This document shows, piece by piece, positions 36,996-52,767 of a stretch of 64,000 nucleotides of DNA. The notes beneath the pieces were generated by a model, which did no database searches, had not been told where the DNA came from, and saw only the letters and a program-made list of their open reading frames with translations. This DNA is from Tubiluchus corallicola (Eukaryota > Animalia > Priapulida), in the NCBI GenBank assembly GCA_030141605.1, contig JAQGDQ010002368.1, positions 434,001 to 498,000 on the forward strand. Direction: 5' to 3'. The position numbers were made by a program, and so were the translations under genes. Numbering within the stretch: position 1 is the stretch's first letter; the number at the start of each line of letters is the position of its first letter.

Positions 36996-39900
36996 CTACT
37001 CTGTTGCACCAGGTCTTTGAGCACCCTGGTTGCAATTTACAAATGTCATTGGTATGTAGTCGGGTTGTTGTCCAGCCGTATGCACTGCAGCGCATACGTT
37101 TGGCGAATCAGAGGCTCTTGCAGCTGAAGTTCCGCGTCGCCTTGTTATGCTAGAACGAAGAGAAGCTAAGTAACTGCTGCTAGTCCTTGTTGACAAAAGA
37201 GACCCCGTGCGTTGAAGAAAGTATGGCTTCAGTAAGCTTTTCACCTGCAGTAAGAAGTTTATATTCCGTATTACTTTTGGTTATGTTTTGTATTTAACAT
37301 CCTAAAATGTATTTTTACACTAAAAAACTTATAATTTCTGAAAAAGTTGAAACTTTATAGCGTTAAACTTTATAGAGGCAGGTGGTACCATTGATTTAGT
37401 GCCGTTTACATGTGTTGTTCAAACTTTACTAAATCAAAGAATGAAATGACTTAATGATGCAGCTTGTGAACAACTAGGTCTGACACTAATTTTTGGCTTA
37501 TCGATCGAGTATATGCACCGACACACCCACACACAAACCATAATAAACAGGTAGTTCAACTCAATTAGTTATTTTGAGTAACTTTATTTGTGAACACAAT
37601 TTTCTTATAAATGTGGTAGGCTACAGCTGCTGAAAGAGTCAAAATTTTGCAATTACAGAAATTACGTTCTAGCGCCTACTTGAGAATTTGGAACGAGATA
37701 CGACTAAGAATAATATTTCACTAACATATGCGAAGGCCGTTCCTCTGGGGAAATGCTTTTTCTCCATGCGGTGTCAAGCTGCTTAATTTACGGTTCAATA
37801 ATTTCGAAGAAGTTCATCAAAATCATTCTGGCTCGTGCGATAGCATCGATGAATTTACTAGAACCGGCCCGTAAGTTATCATGTAACATATAAAATTGTA
37901 CTTTGAGCAAACCGCTTGTTGTTTATTGGCTAAACTCAATATACTTCCAACATCTATTTTTCTTTTTATGGGGTAATAATGTACAAATTTTGGCAATACC
38001 TCAAATTCCATGACCATGGTACGCAATTTTAAATTCCACGTGCACAGCGATATGCGTATCCGTGCGTGCGAATGTGAGTGTGTATAGAGGGGCTTAGTAT
38101 CAAAGTTGCCAGCCATTACACAGCCCAGTACGCTAGCTCAGCACATACATTACACAAATTAATGAAAGGTATGCACTTGTAAAAGCTCGAGATGCATAAC
38201 AGTATTGGCTGTGTTTTCACGCTGTTGAAACTTGCTTAATGCCTCGTTTCAGAGCTGTGACAAAAATAATAAAAAACGTAAGTAATGAAAACATTGATTA
38301 AATATTAAATCTTATTTCGTGGCTTGCCGTTTGTAGGTCACGTACAGGACTTGTTATGTATTCTTGCGAATCGTGAAGCATTGTCTCAAGTCTCATATTC
38401 GCATACTATGATATCCCAACAGAAGGTAATGAGCGGTAAATGTGCGACGCCTTTTACATGAAAATTTAGTCTAAAAATTGTAAACACGTTAGTCTGTTGC
38501 ATGTTCTAGATTCTGTGGAGTGCGCAGACTATTGCTATGGTGACCCGCAGCCTGCGACCTTCTGAGGTGTTTTAAATTTCTAACGAAATTTTCAAATTGG
38601 ACGGTATCAGATTACGACTTACCTCATGATTAGTAAAACAGAAGAAAAGTGTTATCCAAAATCCCTGCAATCAATAAGAAAGTGTAAACTATTAATCACT
38701 TTAATTACACAAAAGTGTTAATCAAGATCTTTGTTAAATCAAAAATCTTAAATGTAAACAGTAAGGTGTTTTCCATTTAGCATTAAAAGGGAAAATATGA
38801 GAACACATTGTTTTCACACAGTATACCTTTGAACGTGTGAAATGCTACAATCCTTTGCGCGCACTAATCTTTCGAATCATCTGAAAATAGTTTTTAGAGC
38901 TTTTTGTTAATTTTAGTCTATTTTCAGTAAAAATCAGATCTCCAAACGCGGACTCTACAAATTTGTCTAATAACACAGCAAAAAATAAAGCTTTTCAATA
39001 TTGTGTACCTGTGTAGAAACAAGCAAAGCATTGATGATACTAATTACGAGTCTCCACATTCCACCGTTTTCTGGCTCCACGAGAACAAGAACGTGCGTTA
39101 AACCAAGCAAAGGTAGTAAGAGCAGCAGCTTTCGTGCCCCCTTTCTAACAAAAAAATTAAGCACTGAAACGAGTTTGAATCATAACGTCGTTGTTAAATT
39201 TTAGTGTAAACTAATGCCAAAGTTAATGAATTACCATCATCATCATCATCATCGTCGTCGTCGTCGTCATCATCATCGTCGTCGTCGTCATTATATGAGA
39301 AATATAGGTAACTGGTAGTAGTGTGAAATTATGATTGCAAAGGAGATACATATTTCTGATTTTGAGTAAAAAATTCCGTTTTTGAATATAATTAGCCAAC
39401 CTGTACAGTTGGGTTTTTTAGTTTTCCATGCATACGTATACCTGTATTGTTTGTCGTCCAATTCTCGGATTTTTGTTCTTGATCGTGACAATAAAACATA
39501 CATTATCGAGCAAAGGAAAACACAATTTATCTGAAAAAAGAAAAAATGAATAAAAACTTTAAGGTGCTTTGAATTTGATAATACGCGCGCAATTGGTCAT
39601 ACTCGTTGCTTTAAAACTCTCCATTATTTTTAAGGATTTATTAAAAACTGACAAATTACAGTAAGGACAAACTCAAAATGACGCAACTCGGTGGTTGAGT
39701 GTATGATGGATGACTATTTTAGTGGGATCAAACTAGGCTTCATAAGTGCGCTGCAGTGATTTTAAGCAACAATTATATATTACGCTGTTAATGTTCATTA
39801 TGCAACTAAAAGTTCATTACATAACAATGTACTATTATGTAGCAAAATGCTACATTATGTAGACTCAAAAAATTCCCAACTGCTGAGTAAGAGTTTGCCG

Positions 39901-41746
39901 TAATATGAACGTCGTTGGTCAATTAGTTACAATGAAAATACAAAATCAAATTAACGAGAGACTTATGAAACACCCTATACTATCAACTCGTCAAATATGT
40001 TTATAGTCACGAACCTGGCGTTAAGACCAAGTAATTAATGACAATGAGAAGTTGTAAACTGAAGGAAGCGACGTGCGATTATCGCTCGGAAATTTCGCTA
40101 AATTTGTATTAAAAATGTTACAGCGGAAAGTTGAACGCGTTAGTTAATTGGCTATGAAAAGATAAACGTGATTTCGCTGTTTAAGTGAGAACAGCAATAA
40201 TGTCATGGTAAATGTTTACAACGCATTCATAGTAAATATGGCTTACATGTGGTTATAAAAACTGCAAAACATAAATCTGGGTACATGGGTATGTATTAAG
40301 TTAAATAATTTTGCACGAGGGTAGTTTTCTTACCAGTAGTACTACAAGAATTGGTACCATAAATATGTAGTCATAAACGTATCCGTCTGAATCCATCCAG
40401 CACCTTTAGTGATTTGAAAAGTAAATAAACAAGTGTCATAGGTATTCAGAAATGATAACTCTGTAAGTTAAAATCTTAAGAAATATGCAAATCTTTCATA
40501 ATTAAACTACTAATTGTTGAGCATTCTTAAAAGTCCCAAGACAAGAAAGCTAAATGAGATTAAAACATTTGGAAACTCACAATCTTTTCAGGAATGAGAT
40601 AGAATAGGTATTACTCGATAGTTTCCTGTTGCATGTAACACCATAAAACACTTTTTCTAGAGTTTAGTTTACATAAGTCGTCTATTTGCGAGAAATTATA
40701 TCCACCTCTCTGTATTTCACGTGTCTTAATTTGGTATTACTGTAACTTATGATATTGTACGTGCTCTTTTTACAATTTTTGTTGTTTTCCTTCTTGTTTT
40801 TTCTACTATAATGCGTAGTTCCCTGTGCGTCATTGTGAAATTCTTACGAATTTCTCATTAAATTTTCCAAATGAAATCTCTACAAACGGCTAGATGACTA
40901 CAATTTTAATTCAATACGTTCCGAGAATGCTGATATCAAGACTCATTCAAAAGATGAAGCCATGAAGATCCTACCCGAGATGTCATAACACATACTTAAT
41001 AAAAACCTATAACATAAGGATCATTTTAAGAATAACAACATGGCACCCGCATCTCATTTTAAATGAAAACTGACGTTGAAATTTCAGTACACATGCTGTA
41101 ATTGAAACGCAATAGATAACTCGCGTCTATAATTAATATGCGACAGATGCAACTAACTAAACTCAGTAGTAAATCCTGCACGATCACACAGACTGACGTC
41201 AAGTTAAACATTTTCGTGGCTAAATCTGATTCTGACCGTGTATTGAGAGATGGAAGTAGACACAAAATTACTGGCAATGTTTACTATAATTTTCAAGACA
41301 GCGCAGAACGAAAAATAGCAAAATCCAGCCGCCAAATTATGGCAGTTTGATTCACTCATGTCGGCATACGCTGTTTAATTGTTTATACCGAACAGCACAA
41401 AATTTCTTGATCATCAACGTTTTAAATGCAACAAGGCTTCATAAAATTAAAGAGATGTATGACACAGCAACTGCAGACAAGAAATCTTACAGCAAATAGT
41501 TGACTGCCGAAGCAAATCAAAGTGGCTGTAGAATTAATGGCAAGGACCAGTTAATTACATTTTTTGTAAACAATGAGGCGGTAGAATTTGCTGAGCGACA
41601 AGGACAGAAGGTCAGCATGATACAATTGCACATGCTTCGCCTATTACACTCGCATGAAAAGATGAAGGTGTGATAGCTCGTATTAGTCAGTAACTGTTTT
41701 GCTCGCAGACGAAAAATTTTTCCCTCGTACTACTATATACTAAATT

Positions 41747-41823
<77 letters not shown>

Positions 41824-44800
41824 CTTTATTTATTTTGTTATTTATTTATTGATCCATCCATTCGTTATATCACACATTCTTTGATACATTCATTCTTTCA
41901 TTCCTTCGTTTCATCAATTAATCCATTAATCAATCAATCATGCATTCGTTCATTCATTTATACTGTCATTCACTCGTTTACACATATCAACGTTCGTAAA
42001 TTCGTTCGTTTCTTTAAAATTGAATACCTGTTTTTATCAAAATGATGTTTTACAATGCCCCAGATCGCTATCACCACAATGGGAATTCCTAGAATCACAA
42101 AAACCTTTTAGACTCAAAAAATTTCACTCGACAAAAGTTATATTTTCAGAGAGTGTTACAGTTAAACAAAAGATGTTTGCGAGTCAGCTATATCAAGCAC
42201 GTCCTATAAAGGTAGTTTATGATGGTCAAAAACGGAAAACAAAATCGTGTCATATGTTTACAAATAAGCTCTGATGATAGACATATAAATAAAAACGTTC
42301 AGCGATTACCCCATCCAATGAGAACGAAGAAGAAAAACTCGACTCGTGATGCAGAAAATGTGAAAACTGTCAAAATGAACAGGTACAGTCCTTCGACTAA
42401 CATCCAGAAAAAGTTTGTACATTGGCAGTAGTTAAAAATTGTTACCATCGACCGGCAAAATATCTAAAATCAAAATATGAAGATATTAGATTACAGCATA
42501 AATCCTGGAGCTCTGCAATTTCGACTGTCGAATGTAAGAATCTCCAAGACCGAAACTTTGATATTATAATTTTTTAAATTCACAACTTAGTTTCGCGCGA
42601 GCAAAAAAGCCTTGCGTGAATAAGATTCACTGCTTCTATCATTGAGTGCCGCAGTATTTTTAAACTTCTACGTTTTGGCTATAGTTGTACCTTTCAGCTG
42701 AAATTGTACCTTTGCTGGTCTTCTGCTATACGCGTACTGTTTATTTGCAAATTATATACGTTTCTACATATATCCTGTGGTCTAAGAAATGTGGGAAAAT
42801 TTGGTACAAAAAGTTCACCCAACAGCCAAGAGCAAAAACTGAGAAATTGCTTGCTTGAAATTCAAGGACAGTACTTTAAACATCATGTCTCCTTGAACTG
42901 AAATTTCAGTCATAATTTGCTTCCTTGTAATAGTATTTTTTATTTCCACATTGTCAAAAATCTCACTCACAAGTCAAACAATGAGCAAAGTATTAAATTA
43001 CCTCATGTGAGTTTCGTTTCATTGATTTAAAGTTTAAATCTGGCACAGATTCTTGGCCGGCTACAGAGCAAAAATCAGTAATTTTGCAAATTATTTCTGA
43101 TCGTTAAAAAGAAACATACTGAATCTCGCTTCGCGATTCCAACAAGAGTTTGATTATTAATGATCCACAACACATCGCTGAAAAAGTAACTGATGAAGAG
43201 GTTAACGTGAATCTTGTTTCTCATGCAACTGAGTTTTCTGAAAAAAAAATTTTTGGGATTATACAAGCCATTAAATTATTTTTGTAATAACAATACACGA
43301 AAACCCCATCATTTATACGCTGTGTGGCATATATAGATTTTATGTTTTTAACAAGGTTAGATTGCAGTTTCTGAATTACGAACGTTCACATTTTTATCCG
43401 CGAAGGCTTGCGTCGCGGAACTAGCAGAACCTCCGATGCTGGTTTTTCATCATTATGCTACACATCCTGCTTTCTACTTTTTAATTCATGTTAACTCGCA
43501 GACGGAGAGTACTAGGACACGGATCTCACAAGGCAAATACGTGAGGTAGAAGCCTAGAAAGTGGTTTGGTGACTGGTGACCTCGATTAAAGGGTCAATGA
43601 CGCTGGACATCGGTCAGTTTTTCGATTGGCATTCACCATCTCCTCGGACTGAGTTGAATTCGATATTTTTGCATAAGCATTTTTAAAAGTGCTGTGAGGC
43701 AGACCTGTATGTAACCTTTTAAAAAGTTAGGATTTTTAATATCACGAGATAGGGGCCATAATATATAATGAATAATTCTAAAACTATAGTAACTAAAGTC
43801 AGAGAACTTGCCCCATAGACTTTTCCATGCTCCATTTGAACCAGCGAGCCGCATGGTTTATAAGCACCATGCAGAATACTAGCTTCTTGAGGTCCTACTC
43901 TATTCACAACAGTGACATTGCTTATTTTGAGCCAGTGACATGAATGGGAAAATATGTACTGCAGGTAATATTGAAGCCACCACACATGAATAAATGAGAC
44001 GTTGTTTCCTGAGATAAACATTGGTGGAGTTCTGTTATTGTTTTCCATCTTATCCTGCACTGCCTAACGCACTAAGCAATAAAATGAATAATGTATTAAG
44101 TCGTGTTTGGCAGCCAGCTGCTAATGTACGCCCATTATGATAGCACTGCCAGAATAAGCTATTGAAATGGAAACTTTTTGAACTCTTCTGACTAGTGTAA
44201 AATAAACCTAAACCTAAAATATGGATGTTTACTTCAACTGAATGATTTATTAATTTACTCTCCAATTGAAAAACGTTACTTTTTACGTTTTACAACAAAA
44301 TTATGGCAACAAGAATTTAAATTCCTAAACAAACGTATTTATGGACAACAAATGTCAACATAATAAATCACTAAACAGTTTTCAAAAGTTATGGTCATGT
44401 ACATAGCTACCAACTATTACTTAACTAAGAGCAAAATTGGCATTTTAACTCTCATAATCTCAACCTTCTTGCCTGAGAAAAATGCAGTTTTTTTAATTTA
44501 TCCAATAAATGATAATTATGTTTACCTTGCGCAAAAAAATATCAAAATAGCTAAAACGAGTGAAGTAATCGACAGAGTGTACCCAACGTAGTAGATAAGT
44601 TGTGCAATTCTGTACTCTTGAGCTAGAGCCTGAAACAAATAGTTGTTGTTCTATTGGCAATATAGAAACACTTTCAATGTGAGAATATCGCAGCTATATA
44701 AGCAAAACTCTTCCCTGCTCTTTCCACAAACAGTTATTTATAACCACCGTAAAGTCGGCAATAATTAAACCGACATTTGAGACAGGAATAAAACTTTTCT

Positions 44801-47800
44801 GCCTCCTTATAGCAAGCAGCAAACAGCCGCAAGTGCGTTAACTTAAACGGTGCTTTCCGTTTGGTCTTTTGTAAAGATCAGTCTCAAGAGGCTGAACGGT
44901 TAAACGTTTGGATTTGTTGAATTGTCCAACAATTTTTTTCGAAACACTCTTCGACTTCTAATGGTACAGTAATTGATGATTGACAGTAACGTTACTGCGT
45001 AAGTATAGCTGACAAAAGCAATCAATTGCAAAACAGAAAATTATTTTAAATCCACAAAAGGTCATCCTATTTGATAGTTGGCCTTTGTAAGTATTCTGAT
45101 CACGCCATATGCAAAGTTACGTATTTATATTTAACATCATTAAAAACTATCATTACAACATGTTTTAGTTGGCTTAAAATGGTAATCTGGCAGGGTTTAT
45201 TTTAGGTACAATATTGTGAGTTATGAGAATTTTAATATAGCAGTATTCGGTTTTATTAGTCTCCCTTGGGTTCATTTTTCTCTTTATTGTCGTGTGACAT
45301 TAGATACTACAGGCCACTGCGTGAAGAATATAAAATATTAACAAGGCATGTAAAAATGATTCTGCTTCGTGTCTGCTAAGCACAATGGGTTTACCAAAAT
45401 GTCTAAATTTTTAAACTCGTAGCAGCAGAAGCAGGATTTAATATAGGAAACAAAAACGGTCATTTGCAGTTCAGCAGTTTAGCAAAAATCCTTATGTAAA
45501 TGTTAAACTTCGTTTACAATACTTAACAAAAATGGGCACTTACCTACAATCTATTTAAAAAAACACAATAAAGAAAAAAAGATAACCACAGCGCTCAGTA
45601 CACCTCTGCGGACTATAGTTAGGCGAAGAAGAAAACGAAAAATAATCACTAAATACCATTTTTGGTATAGAAGAAAATACTCGAGTCAGTGTACTTTACT
45701 ATACTTTCGCCTTTGCGTTTCTTTCGACGCAGTGCTAAATTTAGCTTGTTCAATTAAAACGCATGTTAAAATAAAAAACATTATTATGGTATTGGTGACA
45801 AAAAGATTGCGTAACATAAATTTGTCAGAAACTGAACATAGAACTCAGGTGTCAACCGAAAAAAGGGTCTATTGCAGTATTAACTGGTAAATTACTTCCT
45901 GTAAATGTAGGAAAGAAATGATTAAATGATTCAGTAACTTAATTCTTAGCTAGATTGCATTTGTGTTTATATTATTTAGTACAAACATAAAGTAAAAGTC
46001 TCTATTCCTTGGCAAAGAATAACGTTAAGAACAAGTATATGATGTTATTGGTGTACATGTCTCTAGTGGCAAAGCTGTGCAAAAAGTTATTATTTTTTAA
46101 TTAAAATGGGCCTTAATTTGCTTGAGTCTCGTTGCTGTTAATATTGTCAGAACAACACAGCTCCGTATTCTAGTGTTCGAAAACGCGAAACACTCGTGAC
46201 ACACAAACGTGAAAACACGCTTCGCAGCTTCCTAACAGAATCACATTCAAAAGATTTAGGAGTAATCTAGCTGTCACTGCACGTTTTGCAAAAGCAAAAT
46301 TTTTACTATTACTATACTGAAACATGGCTGCATCCGGTGCAGCGAGCTATACATTTGCTGTGTTTATGGATTGCAGCATACCGCTTTTCTGACAAAATTC
46401 TCCTATTGTTAGAATTTTTCAGAATTTTCAGAATGTATTCATGAATTGGGAAATCTGTTCAGGTATTGACGTTTCGTTTCGAAAGAACAATTGTAAATTA
46501 AATGTTAGCCATAACAAAACAGTCTGTGAAAAAGCTTTTCTCTCACTAAGTTCTTTATTTGTTTAGAAACTTAGTACCTCCCTCATAAGACCTCGTCAGA
46601 TGTTAAAAAAGGTACGTCTAATGCCTTATCAGAAATAAACACGCGTTAGTAGTAAAGCATTCTTGGAGTAAATATTAAGGCTACATTTTTTTGTTTAAAT
46701 GAAATTACAAGCATTGTAAATTTATTTACTTAATGATTGAATGATTCAGCAGCCAGGTCAGCAAATTTGATCGTGGAAACTAAAATGATTAATAGTAGTC
46801 TACTGTAGACGAACATATCTAGATAATCTTATGTAGCTTATGAAACGTCAGCAGTATCCTGAGTGTAACAGAATTAAATGCACCCCGAAAAAATTTCCTT
46901 TAAGGGTTAATACTTGGTCCTCTGCTGTAGATGATTTATGTCTACACTATGATCTTAGATCTTACATTTCGTGATAAGAGCATTAATATCTTTCCTAATT
47001 GGATTTGGCCTTCATTTCTAAAGTTCAAATTGTGCAATATATATATATATATATATATGTATATTTATATATATATATATATTGGTAAAATTCAAACACT
47101 CTAGGTATACCGTTTTATTAGATTTGGTGTTAACAGTGGGCATTTTCCAGGTCGCGTCAGTCAGTTGGTTGACCAATCATATAGTCGAATGAATAACTAG
47201 AGTGACCGAACGACCACATCACTGACCGGCAATAGATTGAACTGCCAAATAACTAGGATAAATAAGCAACTATGCATACAGACAAGCAAGTGAGCAGACA
47301 AACAGGCAAACACCCGGAATAAAACTATTACACCTCAGCTTAACTTCGTGGTTAATGGGTAATTGGAAATGTAAAGAGAAGCCACTTAGTTACTTAATTA
47401 AAATCTAATAAAATAACTCAGTTACCCTACGATATTGGATTTTAGGATCAATAATGTCCACGTTTACTAATTTAATAAAACCGCAAATCAGCTTACTATT
47501 TTTGTGGCTAAGGCAGTGTTGAGAAATTGAAATATCATTTTAGCATTGCGCGTCTTCAATTTACTTGTGGTGACATATATTTTTGCCATGTGCATTATCA
47601 TCTGTTAAAAGTTCTTATCTGCTCCTGAAACCTTACAATGACACATCCGCCGAGCACTTCCAGCGTTTGCAATATCATTTTTGCGAAATTGCACCATATT
47701 GGATATCTTTTTTATGTCTCACAACATTTACAGTTAGCTATTAACGTAGCTTCAAATGCGTAACCTTGATTATCTACGTTCGACAAAACGTGGTAACGGT

Positions 47801-50800
47801 AATTGTAACAAGTGAAATAATATTCAGACGCTTTGCATTCATGCGTACTAGATATATTATTTTTAGTGATTTTAGAGTTTTTGTATTGTTACTATAATAC
47901 CGCAAGTTTGTTTTAAATGGTCAGGGCTTTCGAATAATCTGGATGCCTGAAGTTGTTACGGTTCACACTGCGCTTGACCGAACATGGGAAAATTATTAAT
48001 TTCAAAGTTCGTCTGGGATATAAAATATCTGTTTGGGGCGTTGAAAAAATAAACCTTAAATAATCAAGTAGGGGTCATTATAAGAGGGTCTGCTTGTGAA
48101 CAAATTAATAACAAATCTTCTCTATAGCTCTCTTTCAGTTCGATGCTTTCCGCGTTATTCAATGCTGAAATGTGCTTAACAAAAAACGGGAAACAACTTC
48201 TTCAGAAACGTAAACAATGATAATCAAAGAAAAAGTTTAGCAAAATCATCAAAATGTACAAAAAGCCACGGTTCGTGGTTCCCGATGTTACAGTACGTAA
48301 AAGCAAATTATACTAATCGTAAGTGTATTGTGTTTGCTAAGAATGTTTTAAATCAGAGATATTGATTGAATGGAAGTAATTATCAGTAAACTAAAAATCA
48401 GTAAAATAAATCACTGCAAAATGGACCCATTCGCACAAATCGCAGATAAAATTGTAAAATCTCGTGCAAATGGCATGAACTGCAAAAACTACTATATAGT
48501 TGCTCAAAAACTGCGTTTTTACCTGTAATGTGTCGCCTAACGAAGAATTGAGTTCGTGTACCGGTTTGCAGTTTAAATAATCTGACCAATTTGACCACGT
48601 TCCTCCTAACAAACAATCTTTACTTGCATTATCTGTGAATGTAAAGGGAAATTAGTTATTATTTATTAGTTATTAATTTCATTATGCTTCATCAGCACAT
48701 TTTTGGGCGTTAGATTTCTCCAAACCACCGAAAACATACAGAGATGCAAAATGCAAAAACAGAGGTCTCACTGCTAAGGCTAATTTCAAATTAATCTAGA
48801 AGCCATCCTCCCCCTCATTATTTTTCTCTGCGGTCTGCGCCCATGTAAGCCAAACCTATTGATTAGGAAATAATTAGGAAAAACATACGAACTATTCTTT
48901 GGAAAAATTGTCTTTCGCGCAAAAAATAAATTTTTCTAAACTAAAAAAATAATAGTTTTGACGTACATTCTTGTGGGAACAACATAGGATACTGAGGAAA
49001 CGATATAGTTTGTCATGTTGGAGGGTCGACATAGAATGTCGTTGTTACGACGTCCTGTGCTGGCTGAGCGACATGAATATTTTTATTGCCAAGTTGCAGG
49101 CCCAGACTGTGCACACAGAAAGATAACGATGTCTCTTCAATTAAAATTAGTCTTTTATTAAAATAAGGAAATCATTAATGTCACATGGTAATCATTGTGA
49201 ATGCAACATTTATTATCATAATCCTTTTAATGGTCAATAAGGTTTCAACAAATCGAAAAATCTATTTTAGAATGAAGTTTATGCAATAGAATAGCGCGAT
49301 GGTTTCGACGACAAAGAAAAATAGTCTTTCAAGGAAATGATGTGGAAGACTGCACAGTGAATATACAATTATTTGAAAAATATATTTCATCGTTTCTTTG
49401 AATTTCGTCTCTTTCGTAAGCAAGTCAGAATATTTGAAATAAATGCGGAATAAACTGTATTAGTATAGACCAGAAGTATTTGCGTTTACCGCATGAATGC
49501 TGTGAATAGTACTGCACGCGTAAATCGGTTAAATTTATGTCAACTTAACCAAACCCGTCGCAAATCGGTGAAAGTGTAAATGACAGCAAATCACGCTCAA
49601 TTCACGAGATGCTCAATTACATGAAAATAGTTTAATAGTGGAAATTGGGGCGTGGCAGTTTTCGCTTTCTTCAATTTGTTCTTCAAATTTGAGGATTTTC
49701 CAGGTATTAACAATGATTATTATTACGACAAACAATTTTTTCTAGTCATAGTATTGATTCTTTTGAAAGCTATTGCAAAATTTAGCCTACAAGTTATGCA
49801 CTTTTATCATTACTAGTTTAGTTGCTGAATGAATATCTGTGCAGTGTCGCCTGCATACATTCTGAATTATAGTTGCACTTAAAAGCGACAAAAACAAAGG
49901 CGAAGATTCGTCAATTGAACGCGAAAATGCAACAGAAATGCGAGCTTAGAAAACACCACAAATAAGAAAAACACAAAAAGTATAAGAAGATGAAACATGA
50001 AGAAATGTAGTGTTAAAGACGAGAACCTAAAAACTAATTAAAACCCACGAAAACACAAGCAAAATCAGAATAATACAAAGGTAGAAATTCAAAATGTGGG
50101 CATAATGAAAACATCAAAGATAGAGGATCACTTTTAATACGTTTGTTAGTCAATACACAATTAGACGAAATAATGCGCGAACGAGAAAAAACAGAGAAAA
50201 AATCTACAAGCAAGAAAAACAAAATTCAAAAACGTGACAACACAAAACTACAAAAACGCAAAGATGAGAAAACGAAAATACGAAACGTCTCTTCTTCGAT
50301 TCCGTAATTGGTTTTCATCAAGGTGTGCCTACGCATAGGAAATCTGCCTGGTTATTAATTAATTTCACAATAGCAACATTTCTGGTTCACACGATAATAA
50401 AGTCGTGCTACTTTAATTGACAGCAGGAGTCTGAGTGCAATGACAATAAGAACTAATTAGTATTGCAATTATAACAGTTCCACCTCATTTTAAATGTCAC
50501 AGTTAGCATCTATTAGATACAGATTAGTAATACAGCCACTGGGTTTGTGTTATGTAAACGCGTTACGTAGTAATTAATTATTTGTTTATTATTCTTTAAT
50601 AGTAATGGTTATAGATATAATATCTGTATAGATGGATATAAGAGCATTTATTGAGTAAGTTCCATTGCTAGAACACCAGCTGTTTCATCACGCATCTTTG
50701 ACCATTACATACACCAACAGAAAGGTGTCTTCTCATTGGTGATTTTTTTCAGTTGGGCGCTGGGAAAAATTAAAGGAAAAACGCTATTTCTATTTTCGCT

Positions 50801-52622
50801 TTCTGCAACTCATGACTTATCAGCGTACTGTATACTGAACGTTTTATGTTTTCAAGATGTTAATATTCACTTCTTCGCGAGAAGTTATTTTTACTAGTTA
50901 CTGAGTTCGAAAAAAATGAGCTTAATTTCCTCTGATTCTTATAAATTAGCTTGAAACTCCAATTCAGGTCCTTTTAGATGGTGAGTTTTGGCAACCTCTT
51001 CCAAATACCTTTTGATACGTTGTTTTTATTATCAACGTCGGAGAAAGGGTCTTTTCCTTTAAAAACGTTAACATAAACACACAGCTATGCAAGAGATTTC
51101 TGTCTATAATTATGCCTATGATTTTTGTTATTACTATTTTAAATGTTGTAAGTATTAATTAATAAAACAACTTCACACTAACCAGATGTGTCGTACTGTA
51201 TGTTTCCAACAAAAGCTGGACACGTTAGATATTGAGTGAACCCTTCTAAAGTAGGTGGCCAACAAAGAATGCCGTCAAAGTGCGCTGGACAGCGTCTTCT
51301 TCCGTTGTAGAAATACCCTGAAGAAAAACGAAGAGAGACAATGATAATTTTGCTAGAGCCCAAAAAATGCGTGGGAAAATTCTGTGTTGCACGAACGACA
51401 TCTATGTCACACGCATGGGGTTATTATGACTTTCTTGTAATTTATTCCTAGACAGGGTAATAGCTCATTCCGGGCGCAAGCTAGTCTTGGGTGTTTACCT
51501 CGTAGAGTTCGAACAAGACTGGGACACCTCTACCGGTTCAGTAACTCATCTTAGAGGATTATCATTGATAGAGAGCCATGATCCGCTCACGCTACAAACA
51601 TCTCGTTGGGCAGTTGTCTGTGAGTGCTGGCTTCCGGCTTGCGGTGTAACAGCGCTATTTGACAAGAATGCGGTAAAATTCAACCATTGTGTCTGTGAGT
51701 GTCAACCAAGTGTGAATATTCTACGTAGACTAGAAGAAAATCCTGAAAAGGTGCTGCTTTAAAGTTGTAGGGGTGTTTTTTCTAAAACTGGGCAACATAG
51801 CCAGTCTTATCAATTTGAGTATCCTCTATCCGAAAAGGCTATTGTTAGCTTGAAAATTTATCGGAAAAGGGTCGAAAACGGAAAAAATAGCCATATTAAC
51901 GAGAGCGATTACGACTTCAATTCCAGAGTAGTTGGACCTAAAAAATCCATTCCTGTTCCTGTTACTTTTATTTCAAAATGGCTGCTACGCAAAACGAAAT
52001 TGTGCCGATCGTGCAATTTTATTAGCTGTACGTTTCATCTACAGTACAAAACAAAAAGCAAATTATTGCTGAATCTAGAAAATTGCTAGACTGCAAAAAA
52101 GACGCCAAAGGCTTTTGAAACTGCTCATTAAGCAAAAAACAAAGTGTTCGTTGCCTCCCCGAAAAATTGCACAGTTCGCCTAAAACTTAAGAAACTTTGC
52201 GCAGTGTTAGAACCCATCAAGGTGTTTAATTTTGGATATGCTGTGAATAGAAAATTCTCCAATTTGGCAGCCATTTTCAAGATGACCGACAAGATAACGG
52301 CCGTTAGCATACATAGGCCATATCTTAAACAGGTAGAACAGATGAGATTATGATTTTGGTGTCTATAGGGCCTATATAGGTTTCCAAGGTTAAGAGATCC
52401 ACAGCTGATACTTAAATGCACCTTACTTATGACGTCCCTTACTTAGAATTTCAGGATGGTTGCCAAGATGGCTGTACAATAGCCGATTGTACAATACTTT
52501 AGCTATATCGCATGTTCTGCTTTACAGACCAAGGATTTAAAACCTTACTTGTTATTATTTTTTCATTATTATTGCTGTTGTTGTTGTTGTTGTTGCTATT
52601 GTTGTTGTTGTTGTTGTTGTTG

Positions 52623-52707
<85 letters not shown>

Positions 52708-52732
52708 CATTATCATCATCATTATCATTATT

Positions 52733-52767
<35 letters not shown>

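Noticed and set aside
43719-44060. 113-aa minus-strand ORF as the GPCR TM1 exon
   Set aside because: The true TM1 exon is 44526-44629, with correct motif and phases. This ORF has no family similarity.
46800-46860. Hammerhead-like CTGTAGA...GAAACGTCAGCAG
   Set aside because: The core is CUGUAGA, not CUGANGA, and there is no convincing stem II. It resembles the reverse complement of 7176-7208, so it is probably a decayed repeat.
47497-47601. Open 105-nt AG..GT segment on the minus strand inside a GPCR intron
   Set aside because: Frame-compatible, but the peptide resembles no class B region and the flanking exons already give a complete ECD-TM1 junction. Unsupported without RNA data.
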